From IMG/VR virus record IMGVR_UViG_3300012038_000010: DNA of 32,488 nt; one strand, 5' to 3'. The notes beneath the pieces were generated by a model. The model did not search any database. It saw only the letters and a list, made by a program, of their open reading frames with translations, and was not told the DNA's origin. A program made the translations under genes and the position numbers. The DNA is from a virus. This document shows, in pieces, positions 24,361 to 31,764 of the stretch (its first letter is position 1; every line of letters begins with the position of its first letter).

Positions 24361-25505
24361 TATCTTAAGTTATTAATTCGCCCTGTTGTAACTTCAAACT
24401 CTAAATCATAGTTAATCTTCCCTTTATCATTTAATCGTGTGCGTTTAACAAATGATTCTGTACTACATACAACAGGAATCTGTTTGTAAGTGGAGAATAA
24501 ACCCTGATCGGCTTCGGTTATTGTAACCGCATCAACTGTTATTGTTGTGCTGTCTACCGTAACCACTGTGCTATCAACCGTTAAACCAACTGAAACAATA
24601 TCATAAACAGCCCCGGTAAACTCCATCAAATAAACCAAAGGTGAATAAATAACCTCTTCAATTTGTTCGGTCATTAACTCATGTAAATCACCTGTATTAA
24701 GCACGTAAGTCTGATCGCTATTTTCAATCTGTCTATATTTCGAATGTGAAACGCTATTGTTAATGCTGTTTGTATTCCGGTACAATCTAGGCGTTACCTG
24801 ACTGTCAAGTTTAACACTTTTAATTGCTTTGCCGTAAGGTGTAAAGTAATCCCAAAGACCATGTCGGTTAATGTAAACAATTAAATACTTATCACCTAAC
24901 TGTAAACCTGTACAGGCTGCCGGGTTAACTGTTGAAGTAATTATGTTTTCGGATGTACACGTACCTAATGTTTTGGTAAAATCAAACTCCCTTTTATAGT
25001 AAACTAACTTATCAGTATAATTTCGTGTGTAATTTATAGGCAGTAACCCAAAATAAGGTTGGTTTGCTGTACTCATTGCAACATCTCCAACCTGCTCAAA
25101 GTCATATCTGTAACCCATTGTAGCAAAATTTGTAACACTTTCAATAGGAGTTTCATCACTTACGCTTGTAACCTGATATTTATATTGGAAAAATACACCT
25201 TCACCGGATATGGAAGGCGGGTTTGCACCCGTACCCCATGCGAATTTTGTCCCGGTTATATAGCTTGCAAGTATCTCAGATATTTGAAACTCTATATAAT
25301 CATCGTTAACACTTACTTTATCGCCTATAAGTGTTTTAGTTGGTAGTACTGGCGGCGTATCTAGATCACCCGACCAGATATAAAGTTCACATTGTACGCT
25401 TGTTATAGTTGAATCGCCTGCCAAATTTCTAAGGCGTAACTTTATCGGAGTGCCGCAAAGATATATTTGATCTTCAGTTGTTATAGTTGTTGGTGTAACT
25501 GCCAT
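24360..25505 (-). CDS. Tail structural protein (381 aa).
   Basis: It follows the gp10-like pair, with start/stop overlaps to both neighbours. Confidence 0.4.
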   Translation of the reverse strand: MAVTPTTITTEDQIYLCGTPIKLRLRNLAGDSTITSVQCELYIWSGDLDTPPVLPTKTLIGDKVSVNDDYIEFQISEILASYITGTKFAWGTGANPPSISGEGVFFQYKYQVTSVSDETPIESVTNFATMGYRYDFEQVGDVAMSTANQPYFGLLPINYTRNYTDKLVYYKREFDFTKTLGTCTSENIITSTVNPAACTGLQLGDKYLIVYINRHGLWDYFTPYGKAIKSVKLDSQVTPRLYRNTNSINNSVSHSKYRQIENSDQTYVLNTGDLHELMTEQIEEVIYSPLVYLMEFTGAVYDIVSVGLTVDSTVVTVDSTTITVDAVTITEADQGLFSTYKQIPVVCSTESFVKRTRLNDKGKINYDLEFEVTTGRINNLR

Positions 25506-25879
25506 TATATCGGTTTATTTTGTTTACCTTTTTTAAACGCTTCGGCATTCTTAAAATTATATAAAATACTTTCGGTTAAGTCCTTTTTAATAACCCTTAT
25601 TCCTTCAGGTAGTAATTTCTTAATCGTAATCATTAACGCGTCTGTTGGCCCTTCATTCATCTTTGTTGGCCTTACGTCCTTCCCGTAATCGTTTTGATAA
25701 AAAGTTAAAACAGTATCCGGCTTAACAGAATAGTTAATTGAGTTTTTTAAGCTACCTGTGTCAACTCTTGTAATTTTCTTAGTTGATTTATAAATCTTTT
25801 CTCCTAAAATATTAAGGTTATCCTTAATTATCTTATCAGCTTCAATCTGTGCTTTTGTTCTCCTTGCCATCAGTTCCAA
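25505..25879 (-). CDS. HK97-gp10-like head-tail joining protein, paralogue 2.
   Basis: VDTGSLKNSINYSV motif. 124 aa. Confidence 0.45.
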   Translation of the reverse strand: MELMARRTKAQIEADKIIKDNLNILGEKIYKSTKKITRVDTGSLKNSINYSVKPDTVLTFYQNDYGKDVRPTKMNEGPTDALMITIKKLLPEGIRVIKKDLTESILYNFKNAEAFKKGKQNKPI

Positions 25880-26324
25880 CTTTATTAACCGCTATTTTTT
25901 TAAGAAAGTCTTTTATTCCGTTTATCTTATTGGCTTTTTTATATCGCTCAATAGTTTCATTTATCTTACTCCTTGCTTTTGTGTTAACTACATTTACCTG
26001 TGATATACGACCGCTTTTAAAGCGCTTAACAGTTTGATAAGGAGCGCCATTATCATCCGTATAAAGAAGATTATAAGGTTCTCCTTTAGGAAACATTTCT
26101 TTTATGTTTTCTTCCAGCTTACTGTTGTTGTTGAACTGTCCGTAAAAAACCTCAGTAAATGTGTACACCCCTTGCTTATCTATAACGTAAGATATTGATC
26201 GCTTCAATCTTCCCGTATCTACTTCGGCATCATTCTTTGACTGCTTAACAATATTTCGCGCTATCTTCCTTAGCCCTTCCTGATAGGTAAATTCTTTTTG
26301 TATCGCTGTTTGACTTTCTGCCAT
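25842..26324 (-). CDS. HK97-gp10-like head-tail joining protein, paralogue 1.
   Basis: VDTGRLKRSISYVI motif. 160 aa. Confidence 0.45.
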   Translation of the reverse strand: MAESQTAIQKEFTYQEGLRKIARNIVKQSKNDAEVDTGRLKRSISYVIDKQGVYTFTEVFYGQFNNNSKLEENIKEMFPKGEPYNLLYTDDNGAPYQTVKRFKSGRISQVNVVNTKARSKINETIERYKKANKINGIKDFLKKIAVNKVGTDGKENKSTD

Positions 26325-26333
26325 GATTACAAT

Positions 26334-26792
26334 TTAAGTAGTTGTACAAAAACCTGTATTTGGTACAGAAAAAGTAATGTCAATTCTAAACCCATCTAAA
26401 TTTGCACCACCGTAATTACTCAAAGGCTCTGATATTGAAAGACTATCGATGTTGATATTCTCTAACTCAAACCTATCAATGTAGTTAACGAAATTAACGC
26501 ATATACTTTGGCACTCGTTAAGGTTGTCGATGTAGTTAGTATCTTCCATTAACTTACTCGGTTGTTCTGCCTTACGTGAGTCCCTTTGCTGTAATATCGT
26601 TATAGTGTAGTCATCTTTCAATAAAGCGTTATCCCTGTCTATTTCGAACCCGTTATACTCGATTGTTACTAAAGGATAAATACTTTCTTTTTTAGTATCG
26701 ATTATACCGGACGCACTAAGCGCAATAGTGTTAACCAATTCATCAGCCGCGAAAAGGTTAACTATGTAGTTCGTTGTTGTTGATACACTCAT
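26334..26792 (-). CDS. Hypothetical morphogenesis-module protein (152 aa).
   Basis: ORF only. Confidence 0.5.
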   Translation of the reverse strand: MSVSTTTNYIVNLFAADELVNTIALSASGIIDTKKESIYPLVTIEYNGFEIDRDNALLKDDYTITILQQRDSRKAEQPSKLMEDTNYIDNLNECQSICVNFVNYIDRFELENINIDSLSISEPLSNYGGANLDGFRIDITFSVPNTGFCTTT

Positions 26793-27221
26793 TTACTTTA
26801 TATTTTCTACGTACTTCTTATGCAATAAATAATTACCCCAAAAAAGAAAGTCCTGTACTTTCATTTCTAACACTTCGAAAGGTTTATACTTAAACGATTG
26901 ACAGATTAAGTAAACTAATTCAACATAACCCCCGTACATTTCGGCGAACTCCTTTCTATACTCGTCACCTATCGTCTTAGGCTTTTCATCCAGGTTGCTA
27001 GGTAATGCCGGTGGATTATAAATAAACTCGTAACTTTCTTTTATCTCAAGTATTTCCTTTGCGTAATCTCCAATTATCGTAACGCATTCACTTTCATTAG
27101 GTATTCGCCCTATCAAAAGTAAATAAAAATTACTAATTAAATCGGTATTATCGGACATACTATTGAAATAATTATCTAAATCAATAAAGTCCCCTGCTTT
27201 GCGTTCAATTATGTTATACAT
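26793..27221 (-). CDS. Hypothetical morphogenesis-module protein (142 aa).
   Basis: The ORF overlaps the TerL stop by 13 nt. Confidence 0.5.
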   Translation of the reverse strand: MYNIIERKAGDFIDLDNYFNSMSDNTDLISNFYLLLIGRIPNESECVTIIGDYAKEILEIKESYEFIYNPPALPSNLDEKPKTIGDEYRKEFAEMYGGYVELVYLICQSFKYKPFEVLEMKVQDFLFWGNYLLHKKYVENIK

Positions 27222-28429
27222 AAACTTACATTGTCATAGCCTATTGATTCCATCTCGTGGTATCTGGTTGCGTCAATCGCATGATTCCAGTTATCAATCG
27301 GTTTGTTAATTTTATCGTTTGTTCGTCTGTCTTTTTTCCAGGTGTATTTTTGGAACTCGTTAATCAAATCAACTGAACTTTTCGTTATAAGGTAGTTCTC
27401 TTCCTGCATTATCTGAATACCGTATGTGATGCTATCCGGTCCTTTAGTAACAGGATAGGCGTTTATACCTAATGTTTGAAGTTCAGCTATACTTTTAGGC
27501 TCTGCACTATCGCAATAACAAGGCATTAAGGTAGGGATGAACTTAGCAATCTCTTTATTGCTTAACCCTTTGCGGTAGCAGATTTGATTTAGGATTCTTT
27601 TATCGTTCCACTTCCATACTTCGACTATTGCAGTCGGATCATTCGAATAACCAAAGTCAAGACCGTAACCAAGTAAACGAGCGTCTGCTGGCATCTCATC
27701 TATTTGCTTCCAGTTATCAAATACAACCCCATCCAATGAACCAACCATCCCCAAGCCATATACCCGCCACTTATTTGACCAATAAGAGCTTTTGGTATTC
27801 TCTTCTTTAAATAGTTGTTCGAATGGTAAGTTAGGATTGTGGAATCCTTTTATCTTATAGTCCAGGATTGAATCTACTTCACTTTGTGGCAAGAACTCGT
27901 TATCTTCAAAGGTAAGTGTTATAAAGTTGTTTTCGTTAATGTAGTCGTCCCCCCAGAATAAGCTATCCGGGTTGTAATCGATGATAGTAAGACCGGCACG
28001 AGATATAAACTGTACAGCCGTATCAATGTCCATCTTGTCCGCTTCATTGATATAAACAATATCCCTTCTAAAACCTTTACCAATATCGTTAACGTCTGCC
28101 CCTAAGAAATCGATATAACTGTCGTTAGGGTATTCATGTTTGCTTTCTGACCTATTAAACTGATCGCCGGTTAACACACCCCAGTCTTTAGCTATCTTCT
28201 TATAATCCCTTACAACCGTTCTTTTCATCTTTGAAAGTTCAGATGATATAACGGATATTTCTTTTGTGGATTTTTGTAAAGATATAATTAACAATTCAAG
28301 GATTGATATTGTTTTTCCTGCACCCTGCCCCCCCCTTATAACAAAAACGGTTTCGTTAGGATTAGACATAATTAAATTGCTAATCTTACGAAACGCCTTT
28401 GAATAGTTGTATTTATTTTCTGTCGCCAA
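27209..28429 (-). CDS. terL: Terminase large subunit (Terminase_3 / PBSX XtmB-like).
   Basis: Walker A VIRGGQGAGKT and Walker B-like DIVYINEADKM. The C-terminal nuclease region contains GLDFGYSNDPTA...CDSAEPKSI...HAIDATRY. Confidence 0.85.
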   Translation of the reverse strand: MATENKYNYSKAFRKISNLIMSNPNETVFVIRGGQGAGKTISILELLIISLQKSTKEISVISSELSKMKRTVVRDYKKIAKDWGVLTGDQFNRSESKHEYPNDSYIDFLGADVNDIGKGFRRDIVYINEADKMDIDTAVQFISRAGLTIIDYNPDSLFWGDDYINENNFITLTFEDNEFLPQSEVDSILDYKIKGFHNPNLPFEQLFKEENTKSSYWSNKWRVYGLGMVGSLDGVVFDNWKQIDEMPADARLLGYGLDFGYSNDPTAIVEVWKWNDKRILNQICYRKGLSNKEIAKFIPTLMPCYCDSAEPKSIAELQTLGINAYPVTKGPDSITYGIQIMQEENYLITKSSVDLINEFQKYTWKKDRRTNDKINKPIDNWNHAIDATRYHEMESIGYDNVSLCIT

Positions 28430-28862
28430 TGTCCGGTAATTCTGGAATGTTTAAGCCCCCGCTTATTTCTGTTTTGGTAGTTTCAGATAGGTTGTTAAGT
28501 CGTTGAGTAATCGATGGATTGTAGAAACCCATTAGCCCCCCTATGATTTGATTTTCTCTTATCTCATCTTTTATCGCGCGGCAGATGGCAGAAAAGTCGT
28601 TGTAGTATTCTAGTTTATTATCAAAATAATCTCCTACTTCACCATAATTATTTCTGCAAAATCTTTTAAACCCTTCGAATGTCATAGGCACTTTAGTTGG
28701 TTCGGCTACTCTTTGCCCATCTTTGCCTACGTACAAGACTTTAAGCCACTCTGTTGACTGTATATCTAAATCATTTTTAAACTCCCCCCATGCCTTTAAT
28801 AAGTCGTCGGGCGTTTTAAAGTTTCTTTTCGGGTGCTGCCCTCCTTCATTATACTTCGCCAT
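28413..28862 (-). CDS. terS: Terminase small subunit (candidate).
   Basis: 149 aa. It lies immediately upstream of terL and overlaps it. The N-terminus is GGQHPKRNFKTPDDLLKAWGEFKND. Confidence 0.55.
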   Translation of the reverse strand: MAKYNEGGQHPKRNFKTPDDLLKAWGEFKNDLDIQSTEWLKVLYVGKDGQRVAEPTKVPMTFEGFKRFCRNNYGEVGDYFDNKLEYYNDFSAICRAIKDEIRENQIIGGLMGFYNPSITQRLNNLSETTKTEISGGLNIPELPDIGDRK

Positions 28863-28863
28863 C

Positions 28864-29070
28864 TTAATTTTGTCTTAAATCAATTTCTTTTCCTGTGAAT
28901 TCATCTACTTCAGAAACGAACTCGCCCATAATCGACAGGTACGGAAAATATTTTTTCACATATACCTCCGCATCCTGTTGACTATCTGAGTACACATCAT
29001 TACCTACGAATGTTTTTATACTTCCATCCGTGCGATCAATTGCTTTAAACGATGTAGTAAATCTTTTCAT
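28864..29070 (-). CDS. Hypothetical protein (68 aa).
   Basis: ORF only. Confidence 0.5.
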   Translation of the reverse strand: MKRFTTSFKAIDRTDGSIKTFVGNDVYSDSQQDAEVYVKKYFPYLSIMGEFVSEVDEFTGKEIDLRQN

Positions 29071-29087
29071 TGTACTAATATACTAAA

Positions 29088-29240
29088 TTATTGTTCTAGT
29101 TGTTCAGTTGTATAATTATCTAACGCAAACTGTTTAACTCTTTCATCACTTGATTTATAGAAGTGCTTTGCTGTTTGTAACGTGATCTTTGATGATTTCT
29201 TAACCTGAACTAAATTAATTGCTTCGTCTAGGTAAATCAT
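29088..29240 (-). CDS. Small hypothetical protein (50 aa), below the ORF-track cutoff.
   Basis: Hand translation: MIYLDEAINLVQVKKSSKITLQTAKHFYKSSDERVKQFALDNYTTEQLEQ*. Confidence 0.4.
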   Translation of the reverse strand: MIYLDEAINLVQVKKSSKITLQTAKHFYKSSDERVKQFALDNYTTEQLEQ

Positions 29241-29241
29241 A

Positions 29242-29481
29242 TTAGAATTTATACCCATCGTTAAGATGTTTTTGTATGTTGTCAGGATGTACTAATTTAG
29301 AAACTTTACCTAAGTTCATAAAGCGATAACCCTTTTGCAGCTTAAACACTTCATTTGCTTTGGCAATTTCCAACGCTGTCATTGCTTTGGCTTTCTCTTT
29401 GGCCTCCGCACTATTGCCGTGAATCTTATTAGTGTCTAACTCGGTAACGTTTTTCGGGTTTAATTTATTCTTTAGTGACAT
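29242..29481 (-). CDS. Hypothetical protein (79 aa).
   Basis: ORF only. Confidence 0.5.
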   Translation of the reverse strand: MSLKNKLNPKNVTELDTNKIHGNSAEAKEKAKAMTALEIAKANEVFKLQKGYRFMNLGKVSKLVHPDNIQKHLNDGYKF

Positions 29482-29692
29482 GATATATTTTTTTTACGGT
29501 TGTGTTTTTAAATACTTCAAATGTTATTCCTGTGTATGCTTCTTCACTGGTTTTAAATGAAACTATTTCTTTACCCCCTGATTTAGTTATGTAAGGCAAT
29601 AGTATTTCTTTGCCGTGAAAGTTACGATCAACATAGTAAACTTCAAATCTATTTTCATTGTTTTCTTTGATTACAAATTCAGGTTTCGGCAT
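29465..29692 (-). CDS. Hypothetical protein (75 aa).
   Basis: ORF only. Confidence 0.5.
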   Translation of the reverse strand: MPKPEFVIKENNENRFEVYYVDRNFHGKEILLPYITKSGGKEIVSFKTSEEAYTGITFEVFKNTTVKKIYHVTKE

Positions 29693-29695
29693 AAT

Positions 29696-29884
29696 TTACT
29701 TTTTTCTAGTTCCAGTTATTAATTTCGTTTTGTGGATCGTGTACTCTTTATGTTCAATAGGAAAATAAAGCATCTTCAAAGAGTGATACGGGAAACCCAT
29801 GTTATCACAAGCAACTGTTAAAGCTGTGAATGTTTGCGGATCTTCGTCCTTTTTGTTTACTATTATGATATGTTTCTGATTCAT
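29696..29884 (-). CDS. Hypothetical protein (62 aa), possibly translated from a leaderless mRNA.
   Basis: The ATG at 29884 lies only 2 nt from the promoter motif, that is 4 nt after the -7 box TATCTTTA. Confidence 0.5.
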   Translation of the reverse strand: MNQKHIIIVNKKDEDPQTFTALTVACDNMGFPYHSLKMLYFPIEHKEYTIHKTKLITGTRKK

Positions 29885-29886
29885 AT

Positions 29887-29911
29887 TGTAAAGATAGTGT
29901 TTATTTATTTA
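29887..29911 (-). promoter_or_regulatory. Copy 5 of the conserved early promoter motif.
   Basis: tgtaaagatagtgtttatttattta. It overlaps the stop codon of the upstream gene (29901). Confidence 0.55.
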
Positions 29912-30269
29912 TTCTTTGCAAGTTAAATGAACTTTCTACACATAAATAACGATTCGCTTTTATCGGGTTCATTTCTTTCATAAAGTCTTCGTATCTGTCG
30001 CGATACTCTTTTCCGAACCGGTGTAAGTTCTTATGCAGCCGGATTAAATAAATAACGTTTGAATGTCCTTTACTTATGATATTCCCGATTGACTGCTGAG
30101 TAAGTTGTTTATCGTTGTAAAGGAAGAAAGCTATTGCTGCTCGCGCTTCTACATTTTCTCTTAGTCGGTTATCAACTAAGCAGTCAGGTACTTTAAAACT
30201 TTTATTAATCGCTCTTATCATTTCCTGCTTATAGTACTTTGATATTATGTTTGTGTTATATTGCCCCAT
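29901..30269 (-). CDS. DnaA domain-IV-like helix-turn-helix DNA-binding protein.
   Basis: RENVEARAAIAFFLYNDKQLTQQSIGNIISKGHSNVIYLIRLHKNL parallels the DnaA C-terminal pattern (..AR.IAMYL.R.LT..S...IG..FG.RDHSTV.HA..KI). Confidence 0.5.
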   Translation of the reverse strand: MGQYNTNIISKYYKQEMIRAINKSFKVPDCLVDNRLRENVEARAAIAFFLYNDKQLTQQSIGNIISKGHSNVIYLIRLHKNLHRFGKEYRDRYEDFMKEMNPIKANRYLCVESSFNLQRINK

Positions 30270-30664
30270 TATCTTAATGTTTTTTTTGCTATTCCTAACA
30301 TGCTGCTTTTATCTTTAGCTAATGCCATTAAAACCATTTCCACCTCGTCGTAATCGGTAAACACCATCCTGGCTAGTAATTGAATTATTTTGCCGGATTT
30401 TTCAAAGGCTTCATCAATAACATTTTTCATATCTAAATCAATCTCAGCTTTTTCGATACGTGCGAACTCATCTTTTTCCTGTTTTATTAATTCTAAGATT
30501 AAAGGATTACCGTATTTTTTAACGTTACCCTTCCATGCCGGAGTTCTTTTCAACACTTCGTTATGTGCGTTTGCATTTTGGTTTGCTAGTATTGCTTTGG
30601 CTCGTGCGCTGTCGTATATCCTTTTTGCTAACTGCTGCTGCGTTATTTCTTCTACTTTACTCAT
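30269..30664 (-). CDS. Hypothetical protein (131 aa).
   Basis: ORF only. Confidence 0.55.
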   Translation of the reverse strand: MSKVEEITQQQLAKRIYDSARAKAILANQNANAHNEVLKRTPAWKGNVKKYGNPLILELIKQEKDEFARIEKAEIDLDMKNVIDEAFEKSGKIIQLLARMVFTDYDEVEMVLMALAKDKSSMLGIAKKTLR

Positions 30665-30785
30665 TTTCTATATCGTGTTTAATGTCTTTCAATATTGAAA
30701 TTACTTCCTCAACATTATAATATTCATAAGTGTGCATTTCTATGCATTGAATATATTTATCTAGTATTTCGGTTGCTTTACTCAT
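30657..30785 (-). CDS. Small hypothetical protein (42 aa), below the ORF-track cutoff.
   Basis: Hand translation: MSKATEILDKYIQCIEMHTYEYYNVEEVISILKDIKHDIENE*. It overlaps both neighbouring genes by 8 nt. Confidence 0.4.
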   Translation of the reverse strand: MSKATEILDKYIQCIEMHTYEYYNVEEVISILKDIKHDIENE

Positions 30786-30975
30786 TGCGTTCAATTGTAA
30801 AAAATTCTTTTGCATTGTGAAGTTCCATCCAATAACGTGGGCTTGTTTTATATTCCTCAGTTAAGTGGTGTTTAAACGCCATTAAGATGCTGTCTGATCC
30901 GGTATTGAAGTCTTGTTCCTGTCGGTATCTTTCGGCTCTTTTTCTTATTGCTGTGGGTAATTCTGATATTTTCAT
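30778..30975 (-). CDS. Hypothetical protein (65 aa from the internal ATG).
   Basis: MKISELPTAIRKRAERYRQEQ.... The track start at 31065 would overlap the better-looking small TM ORF at 30980..31087. Confidence 0.5.
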   Translation of the reverse strand: MKISELPTAIRKRAERYRQEQDFNTGSDSILMAFKHHLTEEYKTSPRYWMELHNAKEFFTIERNE

Positions 30976-30979
30976 AACT

Positions 30980-31087
30980 TTATTTTTTTGATTGTTTATG
31001 TGTTTTTTTATATGCTTCTTTCGCTGTGTAGTAAATGAATATCGCTGCGAAAATTGCAAATCCAATAATAAAGTGATATAATTTCAT
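30980..31087 (-). CDS. Small single-pass membrane protein (35 aa).
   Basis: Hand translation: MKLYHFIIGFAIFAAIFIYYTAKEAYKKTHKQSKK*. Confidence 0.4.
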   Translation of the reverse strand: MKLYHFIIGFAIFAAIFIYYTAKEAYKKTHKQSKK

Positions 31088-31090
31088 AAT

Positions 31091-31258
31091 CTATTTTTTA
31101 TATTTTACATGCCATACCCCTTTTAATGTGCTACCATAGTCTTTAAACATTGGGGTAAATTGAAGATAATGATACTCTACTAAATCTTTTGATGCTTCAT
31201 AATTAAATAATAGTATATAATTTACTATTGATGGACTAAGAAAATGACTTACTTTCAT
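31091..31258 (-). CDS. Small hypothetical protein (55 aa).
   Basis: Hand translation: MKVSHFLSPSIVNYILLFNYEASKDLVEYHYLQFTPMFKDYGSTLKGVWHVKYKK*. Confidence 0.4.
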   Translation of the reverse strand: MKVSHFLSPSIVNYILLFNYEASKDLVEYHYLQFTPMFKDYGSTLKGVWHVKYKK

Positions 31259-31261
31259 AAC

Positions 31262-31762
31262 TTAAAATTTAAATCCGGCTCTTACAAATCCACTTCCTTG
31301 AAACTCCTCTTTTGCACCGCTCCAAATGAAGTCCTCTCTATAGTCGTACGTCGCACGTAATCCAACAAACCAAACATCATTAATATTGTAGTCAGTTCCT
31401 GCTTCTAATCCAAACAAAGGATAAGTACGTGAATCATTTGTTTTGTACCCTCGTTTGATAAACCCTAATCTTATCCCTGCATAGCTTCTAAAGTCCTCAA
31501 ATGTTCCATAAGTTACATTCACACCCCCAGCGCCTGTTAAATCAAAATACCCTCCTTCTAAAGCGTCAAACGATTGTACTCCGGCCTTAACGTAACCGCC
31601 ATAAGAAACAAGTTCGATTTCCGCGCCTAAGTTTAAACCGCTTTCTTTTATGCTCCCACCAGGATCGACGTAAACCGAACCCGTAAAATATTCCTTTTGC
31701 CCTAATTGTAACTGCGCGCTTGCTGTCATTCCGACTAATAACGCAAATAATAATGTTTTCAT
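31262..31762 (-). CDS. Small outer-membrane beta-barrel protein (OmpX/Lom-like size class).
   Basis: Signal peptide MKTLLFALLVGMTASAQ. The body has alternating Gly/aromatic beta-strand patterns, and the C-terminus GFVRAGFKF ends in Phe (an OMP beta-signal). The gene starts 3 nt after the pentapeptide gene stop. Confidence 0.7.
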   Translation of the reverse strand: MKTLLFALLVGMTASAQLQLGQKEYFTGSVYVDPGGSIKESGLNLGAEIELVSYGGYVKAGVQSFDALEGGYFDLTGAGGVNVTYGTFEDFRSYAGIRLGFIKRGYKTNDSRTYPLFGLEAGTDYNINDVWFVGLRATYDYREDFIWSGAKEEFQGSGFVRAGFKF

Positions 31763-31764
31763 AA

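Noticed and set aside
28275-28296. A sixth copy of the early promoter motif (tgtaaagatataattaac) inside terL.
   Set aside because: Only the first 10 nt match and the conserved distal half is absent. It lies within coding sequence with no gene start downstream, so it is probably a chance match.
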